Source: Trichoplax adhaerens (taxonomy: Eukaryota; Animalia; Placozoa). From it: a stretch of DNA of 64,000 bases. Location of the stretch: the NCBI RefSeq assembly GCF_000150275.1, contig NW_002060947.1, positions 6,401,648 through 6,465,647 on the forward strand, read 5' to 3'. Positions 60,723 to 64,000 of this stretch are shown in pieces. Position 1 is the first letter of the stretch, and every line of letters begins with the position of its first letter. Made by a program: the position numbers and the translations under genes. A model generated the notes under the pieces. It was not told the DNA's origin, made no database searches, and saw nothing but the letters and a program-made list of their open reading frames with translations.

Positions 60723-62574
60723 TTATTGCAGTTTTGGTCTTCTACGCGGCTTTGAAACTCGAAATCGCTCTTTGATCTTAGCCTTATTTTCATCCAGTTT
60801 GCCTTGAAGTATTCTTATTTCTGATAGCAATTGCGATGACGAATTTGTTTCTTGCACGCGGTCTCCAGAACCTGATAAATCCATCACTTTGATTTCGATT
60901 TTATTTTCTTTAAGCGCTTTCCGATGCCAATAATTATCAGAAAAATAATTAACCCTATCATTAGATAACTGCTTTAACTGACAATTGAGTTTATACATCT
61001 GTAATCGGATTAGCCAGTGTTCCCAAATTAGTTGACAATCATCTGCTGTAATGCGGATCACTGTTGCAGGCTGACCATCGTTGTAAACAATAACGATAGC
61101 TACTGAATCGACCTACACACAGAATTTGCTTAGTTAGTACATTTACTTAGGTATTTGTAAGACTCAAATTATTCACTTATTAAAATTTAGACGTTAATTA
61201 TCCTACAATAAGATTACTAAAAATCTTACAAGTTGCTCATTATATTGGGCATTTGACAACCAATTTGTAACTATCGAGAGCGAATGAGCCATACTGTAGA
61301 TACTAGCATGTATTCGAAAAGTATTTTAAGTTTACCTGAAAAGGGTAATTAAAGTCTTGGTTTATGGCACCTGCATATGCAACTGCTTGGTATGGATAAT
61401 CATAACAATCGAAAATGGAAAGTTTAGGGTTCTTAGATGTTTTCCAATCGAAAACGCATGTTTCACCTCTATCAATAACATACAGTTGTAACCAGTGGAA
61501 TAGAACTTAATATTAATTTCAATAGCTTTATTTATGTAGTAGTAATCATTAACACCAAGCAAGACGTGCTATTTTTATTATTTACGTTACCTAAATTGTG
61601 CTACAGCGTCCACCGTACCCGCATAACCTAGATTACTATGCCAAACACAACTTTCCAAGGCGTGGACTTGTGTGACTTCATCGAGTACATGAGATACACT
61701 ATGCCAGTATTCTGTTGTCTTAAAATAGTCTATCAACTCTTTATCACTCAGGTAATCTCTGATTAACTAGATAGACAAATGAAAGAACTAAAATTAACAC
61801 CATAGTCGTGTATGTACTAATTGTACTTGCTTAACTATTTAAACCCAAATTATGCAAACAGATCTATAACGATTGTAAATAATTTAGTTTTTAGTATTTT
61901 ACTTCATGTAATGAGTGGCCACGTTTACGAATTAGATCAACGTATTTTCGAAGTTCATTTTTTCCTAATGACTGGACTAGCTTCTCTTGTTCAGGTGTTA
62001 ATTCTGCAGGCAAGCCTTGTTCTCCCATCTCATTCTCCAAGACATCCAAACGCGTTGTTGTTAATAGGTGAGTTTGCTCAACAAGCTCTGCCCAATTACT
62101 ACCTCCGTACTCCTTATCTTTCAACTTATCAAGCTTAGCAGTAGCCACCTTTTCTTCTTCGTCTACCGAGACATTAGTTGTTGTAGATGTCTTATGATAC
62201 TCCAAATGACCTAATTGCAACTGTGCTTTCTGCTTCCATTTTTGTATTCGTATATAATCACCATACGACATGGAATTTTTTAAGATTGTTGTCACACTTG
62301 CTAGCTTATTCTCCTCATCGGTATACGTAACGTCTCCATTATGACTCTTTTGCTTTGGTAAGGTGATACAGATAGGACGGGTAAACTGTAAGGGATCATC
62401 AATATTACTCTGCTCAACTTTGCTATTAGGCTTGAAAGGATATTGAATCTTAGGGACTGTGCAATAGCGAATATTACATATCCATGATAGTATAATCTTT
62501 GGGCTAGAATAATTTTTGATCCGATGATACAGCTTACTTGTTGCAAGATTGTGAGATAATGTAAGTAACATCAT
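60723..62574 (-). CDS. MGME1: Mitochondrial genome maintenance exonuclease 1 (PD-(D/E)XK nuclease); exons ~62574-61903, 61766-61591, 61466-61336, 61112-60723
   Basis: ASVTTILKNSM..IQKWK..LG, RGHSLHE, LESCVWHSNLGYAGTVDAVAQF, VFDWKTSKNPK, YDYPYQAVAYAGAIN.D.NYPFQ, IVIVYNDGQPA and WEHWLIRLQMY. Confidence 0.9.
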
Positions 62575-62938
62575 GGCAAGGTGATGATTATTGTAGTATA
62601 ATGGATGGACTTGATTGTAAATTATACCTAGCAGATGCTTTGCAAGCTACAGCTTTATTTCCGTGTCATCAATAGTTAACATGGAGGATATTTGATGTGG
62701 TTGAAGGACAGTTGGATTATGTGCATTAATTGCAATCAATTTTCTGCCGATCAGCGCGGGATAGAAATTGTCACGCATTCTTTAATGCCTAATTAATAAT
62801 CCCTGTACTCTATATTTAGTATAGACTCAATAAGGCAAGAGACCGTAGTATGAGTAGTGCGAATTACAGTACTGTACTTACTATGCTGTACTATGCTATT
62901 GAGGTCATGGAGACTGCACCGTACAGCTAACCATCTAA

Positions 62939-63070
62939 ATTAGTATTTTTGGTTCACTTAGCTGAAACTGGATTTGTCGTATTTACCTTTTTTTTTTTTA
63001 ACTAGACATATTCTTAAGGGCATAATACACCAGTAGGACAGTTTCAGCTAAGTGTACCAAAAATATTAAT
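62939..63070. mobile_element. MITE-like / foldback element with 32-bp terminal inverted repeats
   Basis: 62939-62970 ATTAGTATTTTTGGTTCACTTAGCTGAAACTG matches the reverse complement of 63039-63070 at 30/32 positions, around a 68-bp core with a T12 run. No clear target-site duplication. Confidence 0.6.
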
Positions 63071-64000
63071 TCAGTTCGATGGATCTACACTACTGTACAA
63101 CGCTGTTCATAACTAGGCCTACTGCGTAGAGATAGTATTAGCAACTTTTACTTGTTTTTTTTTAATCGTTGGATATATACAGGAACATTTATTATTGGTT
63201 TCATTCTCATTTCATCATGTTACGAATTTTTTTCTGAGTACACTACTGTATTTGTACCATACTTTTATTATTTCACCTTAATTAACAGTACCAAAAATTA
63301 CTGTACACGGTGTCTCATAAGTATTTCCCACTGTTTGAAATTATAATTTCAAGTCCTTCCTTATTAGACAAATTTGGTATCATTTGATTTGTATGACAGT
63401 AATTTTTGCCAGCAGAATACAGTACATACAGTACAGTCCGTATGGTATGAGCATGCGTAGATCGGTTTAAGGGCAAATCATTAAATTGGGGCAAAATTAG
63501 GGGCATTACCTTAAATGCAAAATTTAAAGAAGGGTATATCATTAATTTTCCCTATTATTTATTGTAGTGCACATATATTCCTTATTTCTTGATGACTCTA
63601 TTATTAGTCTAAGACTCTACTTATCAAAGTATACAGAAACGTTATTGCTGTCGAAGACAGTGCAACCACAACGCTGGTATGATATAGGAACAGAGGCTTA
63701 CAGAGTAACAATGTACATTTAATGACAATCTACGGTCAGAAAACTTTATTTGTTCTTCTGCTCTGTTCTATGAAGTTGTGCATTTAATTTATATTAATAA
63801 TAGTAATCCTCTGTACCACAGATCCTATTAGTTAAAAATCTCTACAACTGAAAAGTACGGTAGAGAAAGGTCCTGAACTTTTTACAGTGACCTATTAATT
63901 TTGTGTGCTGGCTGATTAGCAGTTATACGCGTAGACTATATTTTCTAGTGTAAGATTGCTTCACATCTGATTTGCTAGCAGCATTATACCATGTAGGTTA

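Overview
This is AT-rich, intron-dense eukaryotic DNA with mostly 60-250 bp GT-AG introns. The ORF track therefore fragments every gene, and the genes were rebuilt by hand from splice sites and reading phase. Gene content and compact architecture point to an early-branching animal; a placozoan (Trichoplax-like) genome is an inference, not proven. Nine conserved genes are supported: POLQ (3' part, +), WARS2 (-), KATNA1 (+), a divergent VRK-family kinase (+), MAP3K7/TAK1 (+), CHMP1 (CHMP1B-like, -), ORC3 (+), OSCP1 (-) and MGME1 (-). Two further small multi-exon genes that the ORF track misses can be assembled: 13.6-14.3 kb (-) and 56.1-60.2 kb (+). The most striking non-coding features are: (i) a three-level higher-order tandem array (58/36/58 bp subunits, 152-bp period, 456-bp super-period) carrying about 25 perfect ATTTGCAT octamers about 1 kb upstream of TAK1; (ii) GC-richer islands at gene 5' ends that are dense in TACAGTA/TACTGTA words, each with its own young repeat, hairpin or MITE-like insert; (iii) old, sequence-diverged but length-conserved repeat arrays (~147, ~209, ~100, ~84 bp) inside unusually long introns. 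I saw no rRNA, tRNA, CRISPR array or intact transposase/reverse transcriptase.
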